From NCBI GenBank assembly GCA_029260855.1, contig JAJDCK010000011.1, positions 11,978 to 75,977 on the forward strand: 64,000 nt of DNA, read 5' to 3'. Positions 36,850-47,140 of the stretch are shown in pieces. The notes under the pieces are model-generated. The model did no database searches, had not been told where the DNA came from, and was given only the letters and a program-made list of their open reading frames with translations. Source of the stretch: Candidatus Saccharimonadota bacterium (GTDB lineage: Bacteria > Patescibacteriota > Saccharimonadia > Saccharimonadales > OFTM59). The first letter of the stretch is position 1. Every line of letters starts with the position of its first letter. The position numbers and the translations under genes were made by a program.

Positions 36850-37015
36850 AACACCGCCTGAAGGCTACGACTTGTATTGGTGGGGTCGTCACACCTAGTA
36901 CTCGTAGGGAAAAGTATTGCACGAGATGAAACTTGTGATAATGTATAACCATAAGCTGTAAAAAGCTTGAAATACTAATTCACAATTCACTAAATAAGAA
37001 GGGTGGGCATATTAA

Positions 37016-37519
37016 ATGTTCAAGGCACTTAAAAAAGCACAAGAAGGCTTCACGATTATCGAACTTTTGATCGTAATCGCGATTATTGCCGTTTTAGCAG
37101 GACTCGTACTTAACAACTTCCAAGGCGCACAAGCCAAGGCTCGTGACTCACAGCGCCTCACTGACATCAACAACGTACACAGTAAACTAGAAGAGTTTTA
37201 CAACGAGAAGGGTTTCTACCCTGATACTTTTGATGCAGATGATTTCCCTGGTATTGATGAAAACAGCCTGCTTGACCCGGACGGTAATCTCATAGTCATC
37301 AGCTCACCAGTGACTGACGAAGCTGCCGCTGAAGCTGCAGCAGCACCGGGCAGTATAAATGAATACGTTTACATACCGTTCCCCGCCAGCTGTACAACTG
37401 CAGCCGAAAGCTGTGAGGGTTACGTCCTAAAGACATACATTGAAAAGCCAACAGGCTCTACAACAAACCCATATATCAAGAAGGGCTTGAACAATCCTAC
37501 ACCTACTCCAACTCCATAG
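37016..37519 (+). CDS. pilA: Major type IV pilin (prepilin)
   Basis: Leader MFKALKKAQEG / FTIIELLIVIAIIAVLAG gives G-1, F+1 and E+5. It has its own terminator. Confidence 0.9.
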   Translation: MFKALKKAQEGFTIIELLIVIAIIAVLAGLVLNNFQGAQAKARDSQRLTDINNVHSKLEEFYNEKGFYPDTFDADDFPGIDENSLLDPDGNLIVISSPVTDEAAAEAAAAPGSINEYVYIPFPASCTTAAESCEGYVLKTYIEKPTGSTTNPYIKKGLNNPTPTPTP

Positions 37520-37544
37520 TTTAGGTTTGTAGAAAACTTTCCAA

Positions 37545-37585
37545 AGAACCCTGCCCAGTTTAAATGGCAGGGTTCTTTCTTTATT
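37545..37585 (+). terminator. Rho-independent terminator after the pilin gene
   Basis: AGAACCCTGCC-cagtttaaat-GGCAGGGTTCT followed by a T-rich tail. Confidence 0.8.
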
Positions 37586-37622
37586 GGTTATGCTATAATT
37601 CCCTCAAGTAGAGTGGGCCTTA

Positions 37623-38684
37623 ATGAATAAAATCCTCTTGTATAAAGACAAACCAGTATTCGGACTTGATATCGGCTTCAGCAGTCTAAAGGTCATGCAG
37701 ATTGAACGCGCAGGTAAAAAGCGTGTAGTCAGCGGCTACGGTGTAGCCAACTTTGATCCAAGCGCTGTCGTAGACGGCGTTATAATGGACCCAGAAGTTC
37801 TTGCAAAAGCAGCGCACGAATTATTTAATAAAAATCTAGTGGGTGATATCACTACTCGCCGTGTAGCACTAGCAATTCCTGCTGCTCGTACATTTAACCG
37901 TACCGTTCAACTCCCTAAGATGGGCAGCAAACAACTCGATGAAGCTGTTAGGATAGAGGCTGAACAATATATCCCACTTGCCCTAGACAGCTTATACCTA
38001 GACTATGAAATAATAAGGCAAACTAGCGAAGAGCTAGAGCTACTTGTTGTCGCCACACCCCGCGCGGTAGTGGACTCATATATAACTTTGACACGCCTGA
38101 TAGGCCTGGAAGTGGCCGCGATTGAAACGACTATTGGGTCGGGTAGTCGACTATTCGTTCAGGCAGAAGATAGTAGCGTCCCTACTGTCCTGATAGACTT
38201 CGGATCCGTGTCTTCTGATATTAGCATTTATGACCAAACACTTGTTGTAACTGGCACCGTACCAGGCGGGGGAGATAGCTTTAGCAGCCTAATAGCTGAC
38301 TCACTAATGGTCACGAAACAAGAAGCGCAGGTAATCAAAACAAAGTACGGCCTAGGGGTTAGCAAAAAACAGAAAGAAATATCCGAGGGCCTTTCACCTC
38401 TCCTAGAGCAACATATTAAGGAAATAAGGCGCATGATTCGTTACTATGAAGAACGCTCTGATACAAATCGCAAAATCGGACAAGTAGTTACAATGGGCGG
38501 CGGAGCCAATATGCCTGGCCTGTCAGAGCACTTAACTAACCAGCTCCGCTTACCGGTTAGAATGTGTAGCCCTTGGCAAAAACTAAACTTTGGAGGGCTT
38601 CAACCGCCTAATTCCATAGAGAGGTCTATGTACATAACAGTGGCGGGGCTGAGTCTAGTTGAGCCGGGTGAAATATTCGCATGA
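37623..38684 (+). CDS. pilM: Type IV pilus assembly protein PilM (actin-like ATPase fold)
   Basis: FGLDIGFSSLKVMQ..., with typical length and operon position. Confidence 0.85.
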   Translation: MNKILLYKDKPVFGLDIGFSSLKVMQIERAGKKRVVSGYGVANFDPSAVVDGVIMDPEVLAKAAHELFNKNLVGDITTRRVALAIPAARTFNRTVQLPKMGSKQLDEAVRIEAEQYIPLALDSLYLDYEIIRQTSEELELLVVATPRAVVDSYITLTRLIGLEVAAIETTIGSGSRLFVQAEDSSVPTVLIDFGSVSSDISIYDQTLVVTGTVPGGGDSFSSLIADSLMVTKQEAQVIKTKYGLGVSKKQKEISEGLSPLLEQHIKEIRRMIRYYEERSDTNRKIGQVVTMGGGANMPGLSEHLTNQLRLPVRMCSPWQKLNFGGLQPPNSIERSMYITVAGLSLVEPGEIFA

Positions 38685-39283
38685 TTAATTTAGTACCTCC
38701 TGAACTCAAAGAAACTCTAATTTACGCGCGACGTAACCGTATGCTTGTTAGGTGGGTATTGGCCTTCTCTGTTGGCATGATAGGTATTGGCTCTGTTGTA
38801 TTGGCAAGCAATATGTATATTAATCAGTCTAGGCTGCACTACAAGCAGAGTGTCGAGCGTCAAAAAACACAATTGGCCACACAGAAGCTAGAGGAAACCA
38901 AACAACGCACAGAAGATATAAGCACAAGTACTAAGCTAGCTTTTCAGGTTCTGTCTCGTCAGGTTCTATTCTCAGAACTATTGCAACAAGTTGGGGCCGT
39001 GATGCCGTCGGGTGCAGTATTACAGTCTCTCAGTATCAGTAAGCTTGAGGGGGCTTTGGACCTTCAGGCTATATCTGGGGATTATCAAACCGGGACACAG
39101 GTACAGATAAACTTAGCCGACCCAGAGAATAGGATTTTTGATAAAGCCGATATTGTCAGCATAAACTGCACAACAGCCACGCCTGATGACCGCTACCCGT
39201 GCAGGGTAAGTATTCGCGCGCTATTCTCAAAAAACAGTACGTTTCTCTTTACTAACGCTGTGAAGAACGGGGATGCAAGATGA
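38681..39283 (+). CDS. pilN: PilN-like bitopic pilus alignment protein
   Basis: INLVPPE N-terminus plus a single TM. ATGA overlap with pilM. Confidence 0.6.
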   Translation: MINLVPPELKETLIYARRNRMLVRWVLAFSVGMIGIGSVVLASNMYINQSRLHYKQSVERQKTQLATQKLEETKQRTEDISTSTKLAFQVLSRQVLFSELLQQVGAVMPSGAVLQSLSISKLEGALDLQAISGDYQTGTQVQINLADPENRIFDKADIVSINCTTATPDDRYPCRVSIRALFSKNSTFLFTNAVKNGDAR

Positions 39284-39915
39284 CCAGCAAGCGTCTCTTC
39301 TATGTACTCTGCATAACCCTGCTGTTGTTAAGCTGTATTAGTATCGGTGGAGCGGTTATTGGTAATATGTATATTAAACAAGAGGCGCAGACTATAGTCG
39401 CCCTAAAAGCAGAGGGTTTAGCACTGGACGAACAGAGTCGCTCATTAGTGCAGGCCAAAAAGGATATCAAAAAATATGAAGAGCTAGAACGCATCTCAAA
39501 ATCCATCGTACCGCAGGAAAAAGATCAAGCCAGGACTGTCAGGGAGATTATCGTGTTGGCAGAGCAAAGTGGTGTTCCAATCTCTAGTATCACATTCCCC
39601 GACTCAAATCTTGGCCAGGCATCTGCAAAATCCACAACCTCATCAGCAGGCAACGCTGCTTCAGCAACAACTGCTTCATCAGCAACGACACAAGTTAAAC
39701 CGGTAGATGGGATCCCGAGTGTATTCCAGCTTGAGATATCTATTCAGTCAGAATCAGCTCAACCAGTACCATACAAAAGTATGTTAAATTTTTTGTCAAA
39801 ACTTGAACAGAACCGGAGGACCGCACACATCACCAGTCTTTCTGTCACACCATACGACAATGATCGTAATCGCGTCACGTTTAATCTAAATGTAAACGCT
39901 TACATAAAGCCATGA
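39280..39915 (+). CDS. pilO: PilO-like bitopic pilus alignment protein
   Basis: Single TM, coiled coil, operon position, and ATGA overlap. Confidence 0.5.
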   Translation: MTSKRLFYVLCITLLLLSCISIGGAVIGNMYIKQEAQTIVALKAEGLALDEQSRSLVQAKKDIKKYEELERISKSIVPQEKDQARTVREIIVLAEQSGVPISSITFPDSNLGQASAKSTTSSAGNAASATTASSATTQVKPVDGIPSVFQLEISIQSESAQPVPYKSMLNFLSKLEQNRRTAHITSLSVTPYDNDRNRVTFNLNVNAYIKP

Positions 39916-40211
39916 ATAAATATATTGTAGCCATAACCACAAAATTTCATCCCCTAGCTAATGCACTCAGACGTTACAGAATCGCTATTTTTGTTATTTC
40001 CTTCCTCGGCATATATACCTTTTTAATCATGCAGGTTAATATGCTCAGCAGCAAGGAGCCGGACCCTGCTACGGTTAACTCTCAACAGCAAACCACAAAA
40101 CGACTAACTATAGACCAGGGCTCTATTGACAGAATCCTTGAATTGGAAGAACAAAATATTGATGTCAGGTCACTTTTTGAGCAGGCACGACAAAACCCGT
40201 TTAACGAATAG
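39912..40211 (+). CDS. Small bitopic membrane protein of the pilus operon
   Basis: One TM (IAIFVISFLGIYTFLIM). Translationally coupled by an ATGA overlap. Confidence 0.5.
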   Translation: MNKYIVAITTKFHPLANALRRYRIAIFVISFLGIYTFLIMQVNMLSSKEPDPATVNSQQQTTKRLTIDQGSIDRILELEEQNIDVRSLFEQARQNPFNE

Positions 40212-40826
40212 TTAGTTGCCGTAGAGCTTTAGGTTTTCCTCGTGTGCATGAACAATTGATTTAGAGGCATCGTATGGCTTAGGCACATAACTAAAGGTGT
40301 AGTTCTGCTGCTCCCCCGCTGTCTCAACCACCAGCGTCCCATAATCAAAAATACGGGCCAGTATGCCAACCTGGTTAACAGTCACGTCCTGGACATCCCC
40401 AATACTAAGCTGGGATATTTTTCTGTCAAAAATTGTCCGGTATACTACTTGCGTAATTTTTTCGCTGGTGACTAAGACGACGTTACTTTGGTAAATATAG
40501 GCACCAAGGAAAGTTAAAAGCAAAGAAAGAAGTATCAGAATAGTTCCTAATAAGATTATAGGCGTACGTAGCGAACTCCCCTGCACGCTCGTATTAAGCG
40601 AATCATTGTCCAGGATAAAAGTGGCACCAAAGAACACAACCGTCAATACGGCAGCGATGAATAGTCCGGTCAGATAAATCAGAAAAAGCCCTAGCGGGTG
40701 TTTACGTATTTCGCGTATAAGCTTTTCGTCATCGTCAAATTCAATAAGTTTAAAAAGTTTTTGACCGACGCTTGAAAGGCTAGTTGGCTCCATGCGTATC
40801 ATTATACCAGCCCGAATGATATACAA
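40212..40826 (-). CDS. Bacterial PH-domain (YdbS/YdbT-like) membrane protein
   Basis: Two TM hairpins followed by a bPH-like C-terminal domain. Confidence 0.5.
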   Translation of the reverse strand: MYIIRAGIMIRMEPTSLSSVGQKLFKLIEFDDDEKLIREIRKHPLGLFLIYLTGLFIAAVLTVVFFGATFILDNDSLNTSVQGSSLRTPIILLGTILILLSLLLTFLGAYIYQSNVVLVTSEKITQVVYRTIFDRKISQLSIGDVQDVTVNQVGILARIFDYGTLVVETAGEQQNYTFSYVPKPYDASKSIVHAHEENLKLYGN

Positions 40827-40837
40827 TAGACAGCAAT

Positions 40838-41248
40838 ATGCTTGTGTTTCGTAGAAAACCCGTAAAAAGCCACCAAGGCTTTACCATCATTGAGTTGCTA
40901 GTAGTGATTGCTATATTTGCTATTGTGATGCCTACGCTTGCAGCCGGGATAAATAATTTAACAGTGATAAATAACCGCTCTCGCGATTTAGCACTTGCTA
41001 ATTTGATTGCCGAAAGTAAAGCTGAGCAGCTACGTAATGCTGGCTATAACAGCCTTTCACCGGGCATTGTAAGTTTTAGCGATGACCTACCCGCTGAACT
41101 AGCTCCGCCTAAAACTGGCACATATACAGTCACAAACCCAGCTGCTGGCCTGGCTGAAATATCAATTGAGATTAGCTACAAGGATTATAGCCAAATAAAA
41201 ACCGTCTCATACAAGACTGTGGTCAGCGAGCTGGGAGTAGGCCAGTGA
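40838..41248 (+). CDS. Minor pilin (prepilin-type N-terminus)
   Basis: KSHQG / FTIIELLVVIAIFAIV. Confidence 0.8.
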   Translation: MLVFRRKPVKSHQGFTIIELLVVIAIFAIVMPTLAAGINNLTVINNRSRDLALANLIAESKAEQLRNAGYNSLSPGIVSFSDDLPAELAPPKTGTYTVTNPAAGLAEISIEISYKDYSQIKTVSYKTVVSELGVGQ

Positions 41249-41904
41249 AGAGTTTAGGCCAAAACGGTGTGACCATTTTTGAGCTCTTAATATCCGTTGG
41301 TATCGCAGCTGTTCTTATAACCGTACTAATGTCGATTTCGCTGGGATTTTATGGCAGCACGATACGGAGTCAAGTAACTGCAGAAATGGCGATTGACTCA
41401 CATTTTATGCTGCGTGCAATGGTAGAAGATTTACGCTTAGGCCATAACATAGGCGTGACCAGCGTTCTGCCGGACCCAAACGCTCCAGGCGGAGGCTGGG
41501 CCACCAGTGATCCAGACAATGTGCTGATCATCAATAAGCCAGCCACAACAGCAGACAATGACATAGTGTATGACAGCAGCACTGGCGACCCCTACAACAA
41601 TGAATACATATATTTTATTGAGAGCAATACGCTTAAGAAAAGATTAATAAAAAATGCCAGCGCTCCTGGCAACAACATAGCCTCTACGTGTCCGACATAC
41701 GCCACAAGCAGCAGCTGCCCGTCAGATCGGATATATTCTTCGTATGTTGATAACATGTCGTTTACCTTCTATGATGAGAACAATGCCACGACAACTAGTG
41801 TTAGTCTTGCGCGCTCAGTAGCCATCAAACTCTCAATGTCACGCAAGATATTTGGCAAAACAGTAACATTCAATAATTCAATCCTAACGAAACTAAGGAA
41901 CTGA
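41245..41904 (+). CDS. Minor pilin-like protein
   Basis: GQNG / VTIFELLISVGIAAVLI. Confidence 0.7.
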   Translation: MKSLGQNGVTIFELLISVGIAAVLITVLMSISLGFYGSTIRSQVTAEMAIDSHFMLRAMVEDLRLGHNIGVTSVLPDPNAPGGGWATSDPDNVLIINKPATTADNDIVYDSSTGDPYNNEYIYFIESNTLKKRLIKNASAPGNNIASTCPTYATSSSCPSDRIYSSYVDNMSFTFYDENNATTTSVSLARSVAIKLSMSRKIFGKTVTFNNSILTKLRN

Positions 41905-41905
41905 A

Positions 41906-43351
41906 ATGACCAACACCCAGCAAGCAGAAGGCGAACAAAACGGATTTATAATGCCCGTACTGTTGTTTACTATAACTCTCATCGTAACTATGATGGCGTT
42001 CGTCGCCTCGCTTTCGCTAACCACATATAATCTAGCCACGCGCGAAGCATATAAAGTCAACGCACAACTTGCTGCCGATGCCGGACTAGATGTAGGTATT
42101 CACGAGTTTAATCTGGATAATGCATGGGTTGGGACAAATAGCTCCGACCCGAACTGGTCTGGCGTGGGTGATGAAATCAATCTTCTCAATACCTCAAATC
42201 TGCGTACCACCTACGAAACAGAAATACTACCAGGTGCAAGTGAAGACCGTAGAATCATTGCAGTTGTAGCACGGAGCTACTCGCCAGCCACCTCGACCAC
42301 TCCTAAAATTACTCGTCGGTATGAAATAGACTTGCAGTCGGTAACTGCCGGGTACGGCCCCTCTTCGGTGGTTAGCGGTGTAGGCGGCTTGGTGCTAAAT
42401 AATAACGCAAAAATAACTGGAGGCGATGTCGTCGTAAACGGCACCATAGCTCTGGGCAATAATGCCCAGATAGGTTTGTCGAGTACGTCTACTGAAAATG
42501 CAGTTAATGTCCGAGTGTCACACATCAACTGCCCCAACCCTCCCGACAGCACCTATCCGCGAATTTGTGGTTGGGGCGAAAATGGTGAGCCAATATCTGT
42601 TGGAAACAACTCAAAGATCTATGCTGATGTACGCGCAACCAACCAAACAAACGGTGCTAGCATGTTCAACCCAGGACTAATCCCTGACCAGACTTTTCCC
42701 CCAATTATATTGCCAGATTATGACCGGCAAGCCCACAAGGATGCAGTGGCCGCTGAGCGAGCCCCCAGCCACACTGATATATCGTGTGGAAGTAATGGTA
42801 CGAAGACATGGCCGGGAAATGTCAAAATCACAGGGAACGTGAATCTTGGGAATAACTGCACCGTAACATTGTCGGGTAACGTATGGATAACGGGTAATCT
42901 GGCGTTTGGGAATAACGCAAAAATGAAGATCCCCAACTCCGCAGGCACCAGTCCGCCCGTAATAATGGTTGACGGTTCTAATGGAGTTTCATTTGGTAAC
43001 AACAGCGCAATACAAGCCAATAACGTCAATACCGGCGCATATGTTATAGCGTACTGGAGCGCAGACAGTTCGTGTAGCCCAGAATGTGTAAATGTAACTG
43101 GGGTGAACTTAGCCAATAGTCAGAATGTCGTAAAAATTAACTTAAGCAATAATGGTAGTGCGCCGGGTAGCATTCTTTACGCCCGCTGGTCACGAGTGCG
43201 TATATCCAATAATGGCGCCGTCGGAGCCTTAGCTGGACAGTCAATTGAGCTTGGTAATAATGCTGTGGTTAACTTCACTTCCTCGTTACCGGACAGCGAC
43301 AATATGGTGGTGACCTGGGTCAAGCGCGGCTATATGCGGGTCTTTGAATAG
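41906..43351 (+). CDS. Pilin-like N-terminus fused to a large beta-helix-type repeat domain (candidate pilus tip/adhesin, PilX-like)
   Basis: GEQNG / FIMPVLLFTITLIV N-terminus. There are at least 8 copies of a G-N-N-(A/S/C)-x-(I/V) turn motif (LNNNAKITGG, LGNNAQIG, VGNNSKIY, LGNNCTVT, FGNNAKMK, FGNNSAIQ, LSNNGSAP, LGNNAVVN). Confidence 0.65.
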   Translation: MTNTQQAEGEQNGFIMPVLLFTITLIVTMMAFVASLSLTTYNLATREAYKVNAQLAADAGLDVGIHEFNLDNAWVGTNSSDPNWSGVGDEINLLNTSNLRTTYETEILPGASEDRRIIAVVARSYSPATSTTPKITRRYEIDLQSVTAGYGPSSVVSGVGGLVLNNNAKITGGDVVVNGTIALGNNAQIGLSSTSTENAVNVRVSHINCPNPPDSTYPRICGWGENGEPISVGNNSKIYADVRATNQTNGASMFNPGLIPDQTFPPIILPDYDRQAHKDAVAAERAPSHTDISCGSNGTKTWPGNVKITGNVNLGNNCTVTLSGNVWITGNLAFGNNAKMKIPNSAGTSPPVIMVDGSNGVSFGNNSAIQANNVNTGAYVIAYWSADSSCSPECVNVTGVNLANSQNVVKINLSNNGSAPGSILYARWSRVRISNNGAVGALAGQSIELGNNAVVNFTSSLPDSDNMVVTWVKRGYMRVFE

Positions 43352-43359
43352 ACGAATAG

Positions 43360-44391
43360 TTAGAGGATTGTCTGCTGTGAATCTGTTGTTGTAGGCTTGC
43401 GACCAAGATGCTGGTAGGTTTTTGGTGTAACCTTACGACCACGTGGTGTGCGTTCTAAAAGGCCGATCTGCATCAGGTAAGGTTCATAAAAGTCTTCTAT
43501 GGTACCACGCTCGTCCCCAGTCAGTGCAGCCAAAGTTTCTACACCTACAGGGCCACCATTATGATTTTCAATTATGGCTGTTAGTAGCATCCTGTCGGCT
43601 GGGTCCAGGCCGAGCTCGTCAATCTCAAGCAACTCAAGCGCCTTTAGCCCAGTAAGGTGGTCAATAATGCCGTCACCGTTAACATCAGCATAGTCACGCA
43701 CCCTTTTTAGTAAACGGTTAGCAATTCTGGGAGTCAATCTAGCCCGTACGGCCAAGGTTTCAGCTGCTTTTTTGTCTATCTTGATAGACAAAATCTTAGC
43801 GGCACGTTCGATGATCTTTCTGACTTCTTCAGGCCTATAAAATTCCAGACGATGAACAAGCCCGAAACGATCACGTAATGGCGCTGCTAATGATCCGGTC
43901 CTCGTAGTAGCGCCAATCAAGGTAAACCTAGGCAGGTCTAGTCGCAGGCTACGCGCCGAAGGTCCTTTGCCAAGCATTATGTCTAGCTTAAAATCTTCCA
44001 TCGCGCTGTAAAGCACCTCTTCAACGCTCCTGTGTAAGCGGTGAATTTCATCAATGAACAAGATGTCGTTATCCTGAAGATTGGTCAGTATACTGGCCAG
44101 ATCGCCAGCACGCTCAATGGCTGGACCACTGGTTACACGGATCGTTGTGCCCATCTCATTGGCTATAACCGTAGCCATGGTTGTCTTACCGAGTCCAGGC
44201 GGGCCATAAAGCAATACATGATCTAGCGGTTCGCCGCGTTTCTTTGCAGCCGAAATCGCTAGTTGTAGGTTTTGTTTGAGACGGTCTTGGCCGATATAAT
44301 TAGCGAAGTCCCGCGGTCTGATGGTTTGCTCTATCTCTTGTTCGGGTATGTCTTTATCATCAGTCGCCGGGTTAACTATGCGCTCTATCAT
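43360..44391 (-). CDS. ruvB: Holliday junction helicase RuvB
   Basis: [20 protein letters not shown], and the sensor motifs. Confidence 0.97.
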   Translation of the reverse strand: MIERIVNPATDDKDIPEQEIEQTIRPRDFANYIGQDRLKQNLQLAISAAKKRGEPLDHVLLYGPPGLGKTTMATVIANEMGTTIRVTSGPAIERAGDLASILTNLQDNDILFIDEIHRLHRSVEEVLYSAMEDFKLDIMLGKGPSARSLRLDLPRFTLIGATTRTGSLAAPLRDRFGLVHRLEFYRPEEVRKIIERAAKILSIKIDKKAAETLAVRARLTPRIANRLLKRVRDYADVNGDGIIDHLTGLKALELLEIDELGLDPADRMLLTAIIENHNGGPVGVETLAALTGDERGTIEDFYEPYLMQIGLLERTPRGRKVTPKTYQHLGRKPTTTDSQQTIL

Positions 44392-44990
44392 GCCCTGCCA
44401 CCCCTAAGGACTTGTCTGATACGATCCTCGGTTGATATCTGGGAGTCAATATCAGTAAGCGCTTTTACTGCGTCCGGCAGGGAATAGCCTAAAACAACCA
44501 ATCCCTGCACAGCTTCGTCCTGCTCGGCCTGCGCGCTACCAACAAACAATGCATTTGAGTCAGCCGTACTCACCAGCCCAACCTTGTCTTTTAGCTCTAC
44601 AACAATCCTTTCGGCCACCTTCTTGCCCACACCAGTGGCGCTCTGGATAAATTTGGTGTCGCCTGCCGCAATCGCCTGCCGTACAGTGTCAGCAGAGCCC
44701 ACGCCAAGCACATTAAGCGCCATTTTAGGCCCTACTCCAGTCACGTCTAGCAGCTGCTCAAATAACTTCTTAGCGCCTAGTTTGGTAAAACCGTATAAAT
44801 CATGGCTATTTTCGCGTATATGCTCATAGACATAAACCCTTATAGGGTCGCCAGTATTAGCCGCAGCAAGATCTTCAAGTGGCACGTAAACACCATAACC
44901 CACGCCACCAACGTCAACAACCACAACCTCGGCCAATTTTTCGGCAACCCTACCACTTAATTTCGCAATCACACCCCCATTATCCCACAC
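44388..44990 (-). CDS. ruvA: Holliday junction DNA-binding protein RuvA
   Basis: [11 protein letters not shown], with HhH motifs ([28 protein letters not shown]). Confidence 0.93.
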   Translation of the reverse strand: MWDNGGVIAKLSGRVAEKLAEVVVVDVGGVGYGVYVPLEDLAAANTGDPIRVYVYEHIRENSHDLYGFTKLGAKKLFEQLLDVTGVGPKMALNVLGVGSADTVRQAIAAGDTKFIQSATGVGKKVAERIVVELKDKVGLVSTADSNALFVGSAQAEQDEAVQGLVVLGYSLPDAVKALTDIDSQISTEDRIRQVLRGGRA

Positions 44991-45025
44991 ATCCAGTTGC
45001 TCAGGGTCCGTCCTTGTGTATATAA

Positions 45026-45646
45026 TTGTATATGCCTGGCAAGAACATTATTAAACACTATGGTGCTGAGCAGTACTATCATATTTATTCTAGAGGGGTT
45101 GCTAAGCAGACGATCTTTCTGGACGAAGATGATTATTTCTACTTCTTGAGTGCCTTGAAGCGATATCTTTCGCATAAACCCGCAAAACATCCCGGGCACG
45201 GCAATTATCCTCATTACGGAGAACGGTTGACTCTTTTGGCATACTGCCTAATGCCCAGCCATGTTCATCTGCTCGTATACCAAAAAGACCAACAAGCAAT
45301 GGTCGAATTCATGCGTAGTGTGATGACTAGCTATAGTATGTATTTCAATCGAAAATATAAACGTGTTGGCCCGGTATTCCAGAGCCGTTATAAAGCAAGC
45401 CGTATTACCCAAGACAGTTACCTTGAGCATATATCCCGTTACATTCATCTTAATCCAAATAGTTGGGACCATTATCCTTATTCAAGTCTTAAATATTATC
45501 TAGGTGACGCATGGGCTGAATGGATTAGACCAGACAGCATATTGGAGATATTCCCCTCACCTCAGCAATATCTAGAATTTGTGCAAGATTACGAAGGCCA
45601 TAAGCAAATGCTGGATGAGATACACTGGGAACTGGCCGATCAATAA
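45026..45646 (+). CDS. Y1 (HUH) transposase, IS200-like / REP-associated tyrosine transposase family
   Basis: LMPSHVHLLV (HUH motif), VGPVFQSRYKA (catalytic Tyr region), and SRYIHLNP. Confidence 0.8.
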   Translation: MYMPGKNIIKHYGAEQYYHIYSRGVAKQTIFLDEDDYFYFLSALKRYLSHKPAKHPGHGNYPHYGERLTLLAYCLMPSHVHLLVYQKDQQAMVEFMRSVMTSYSMYFNRKYKRVGPVFQSRYKASRITQDSYLEHISRYIHLNPNSWDHYPYSSLKYYLGDAWAEWIRPDSILEIFPSPQQYLEFVQDYEGHKQMLDEIHWELADQ

Positions 45647-45653
45647 ATAACTA

Positions 45654-46440
45654 GGCTCTAGTACAGCAAAACTTCTAGTTTAGACTAGAAGAGACATGAA
45701 ATTACAGATACCATACGGCAAGATTAGCGGCAACAAAGTCGGAAAAATCCTGAAACACTTCATAGTCCATGTCGAGGCGGCCAAAGCCGCCGAGCTGCTA
45801 GGATTACATAGGCATATTATTGAGGATTACTACACGCTGTTCCGCACCCTCATCTACGCTAACCAGCTGGGTGACTTCCATCAATTATCCGGCGTCATCG
45901 AGCTGGATGAAAGCTACTTTGGAGCTAGGCGCATCCGTGGGCACCACGTGAAGCTGAAGCGTGGCAGAGGCACCCGCAAGCAACCCGTCTTCGGCATCTA
46001 TGAACGTGGCGGCAGAGTCTACACTGAGGTCATCCAGAACTGCTCTGGCGCTACGCTCCAGGCTATCATTGAGCACGCGTGGTAGCCCTTAACAGCGAGT
46101 TGAACAGTGACGGCTGGCGTGGCTATGACGGCCTGGTGGATGTGGGTTACGGACAAACACTACCGGGTCAACCATGCCAAGGACGAGTTCAGCGACTTCA
46201 AAGGGCATCACGTCAACGGCATCGAAGCCTTCTGGAGCTTTACTAAACGCCGTTTAGCTATGTTCAACGGCGTACGTAAGACCCACTTCGAGATATTCCT
46301 CAAAGAATGTGAATGGCGTTACAATAGAGGCCATGAAGAACTGGAGCGAGAGCTTAAACAGTTGCTTGGCCAACATCTCAAAGTCGTATCTAAAGCACGA
46401 GGAAGGAGTAGGTCTAGGTAGGTTTTGCTAGACTAGAGCC
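45654..46440 (+). mobile_element. IS1595-family insertion sequence with terminal inverted repeats and 7-bp direct flanking repeat
   Basis: IRL GGCTCTAGTACAGCAAAAC (45654-45672) matches IRR GTTTTGCTAGACTAGAGCC (46422-46440) at 17/19 positions. ATAACTA flanks both ends (45647-45653 and 46441-46447). Confidence 0.75.
45696..46421 (+). pseudogene. IS1595-family (ISXO2-like DDE) transposase, disrupted
   Basis: The conserved ...VIELDESYFG...VFGIYERGG..., then SDGWRGYDGLVDVGY (a different frame, 46109 onward), then KHYRVNHAKDEF..NGIEAFWS. TAG at 46083 and at least two frame changes are needed to join the blocks. Confidence 0.7.
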
Positions 46441-46516
46441 ATAACTAATACTCAGACGCTCAGGGTCCGTCCTTGCGCACTTGCGCACCATTGTGTACTC
46501 GTATGTGGCTTTGTGC

Positions 46517-46999
46517 TTATGCGCCGGGTTGGCGCTGCATGCTGTGACAGATAGCGGCTGCAAGAGCATCAGCGCAATCATCTGGCTCCGGGGTAGTCTT
46601 GAGACCCAGAACCACTCGAACCATCTCCTGCATTTGTTTTTTTTCAGCACGACCATAACCAGTCAAGGCCTGCTTGATCTGTAGGGGTGTGTATTCAAAT
46701 ATCGCCATTTTATGCTTCATGCCAAGCAACAACACCACTCCTCGGGCTTGGGCTACGGTCATTGCGGTTGTGACGTTTTGCGCAAAAAAAAGCTTTTCCA
46801 CAGCCATAACTTCAGGTTTTAATTCTTTAATCACCTGTTTAAGCTCGTCGTAAATGATCAATAGCCGTTCAGCGTCCGGGTGCTTAATTGGTGTCCTGAT
46901 AACTCCTCCGTCAATTAAGGTCGCCCTGCCGCCTGGCACTACATCAATAACCCCAAAACCCAAAATCCCTGTTCCTGGATCAATCCCAAGTATACGCAT
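46517..46999 (-). CDS. ruvC: Holliday junction resolvase RuvC
   Basis: MRILGIDPGTGILGFGVI and the catalytic acidic residues pattern. Confidence 0.92.
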   Translation of the reverse strand: MRILGIDPGTGILGFGVIDVVPGGRATLIDGGVIRTPIKHPDAERLLIIYDELKQVIKELKPEVMAVEKLFFAQNVTTAMTVAQARGVVLLLGMKHKMAIFEYTPLQIKQALTGYGRAEKKQMQEMVRVVLGLKTTPEPDDCADALAAAICHSMQRQPGA

Positions 47000-47140
47000 G
47001 ATGTTGTAGTTTACTTAAAGTTTTCGCCGTACAAGTCACGAAGCCCGACCAAAAACTCAATTCCACACAGAAAAGATCTCGTCTTATTATAAATCCTGCT
47101 AAAAGTACGCTAAAAAGCGTCGATGCCCTCTTGGCTAATT

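Larger units (their letters stand above)
44999..46475 (+). mobile_element. IS200/IS605-family (tnpA-only) element bounded by identical 18-nt hairpin-containing ends; carries a nested IS1595-family insertion
   Basis: GCTCAGGGTCCGTCCTTG occurs at 44999-45016 and 46458-46475 in the same orientation. The span minus the nested IS and its TSD is ~683 bp, which is IS200-sized. Confidence 0.6.
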
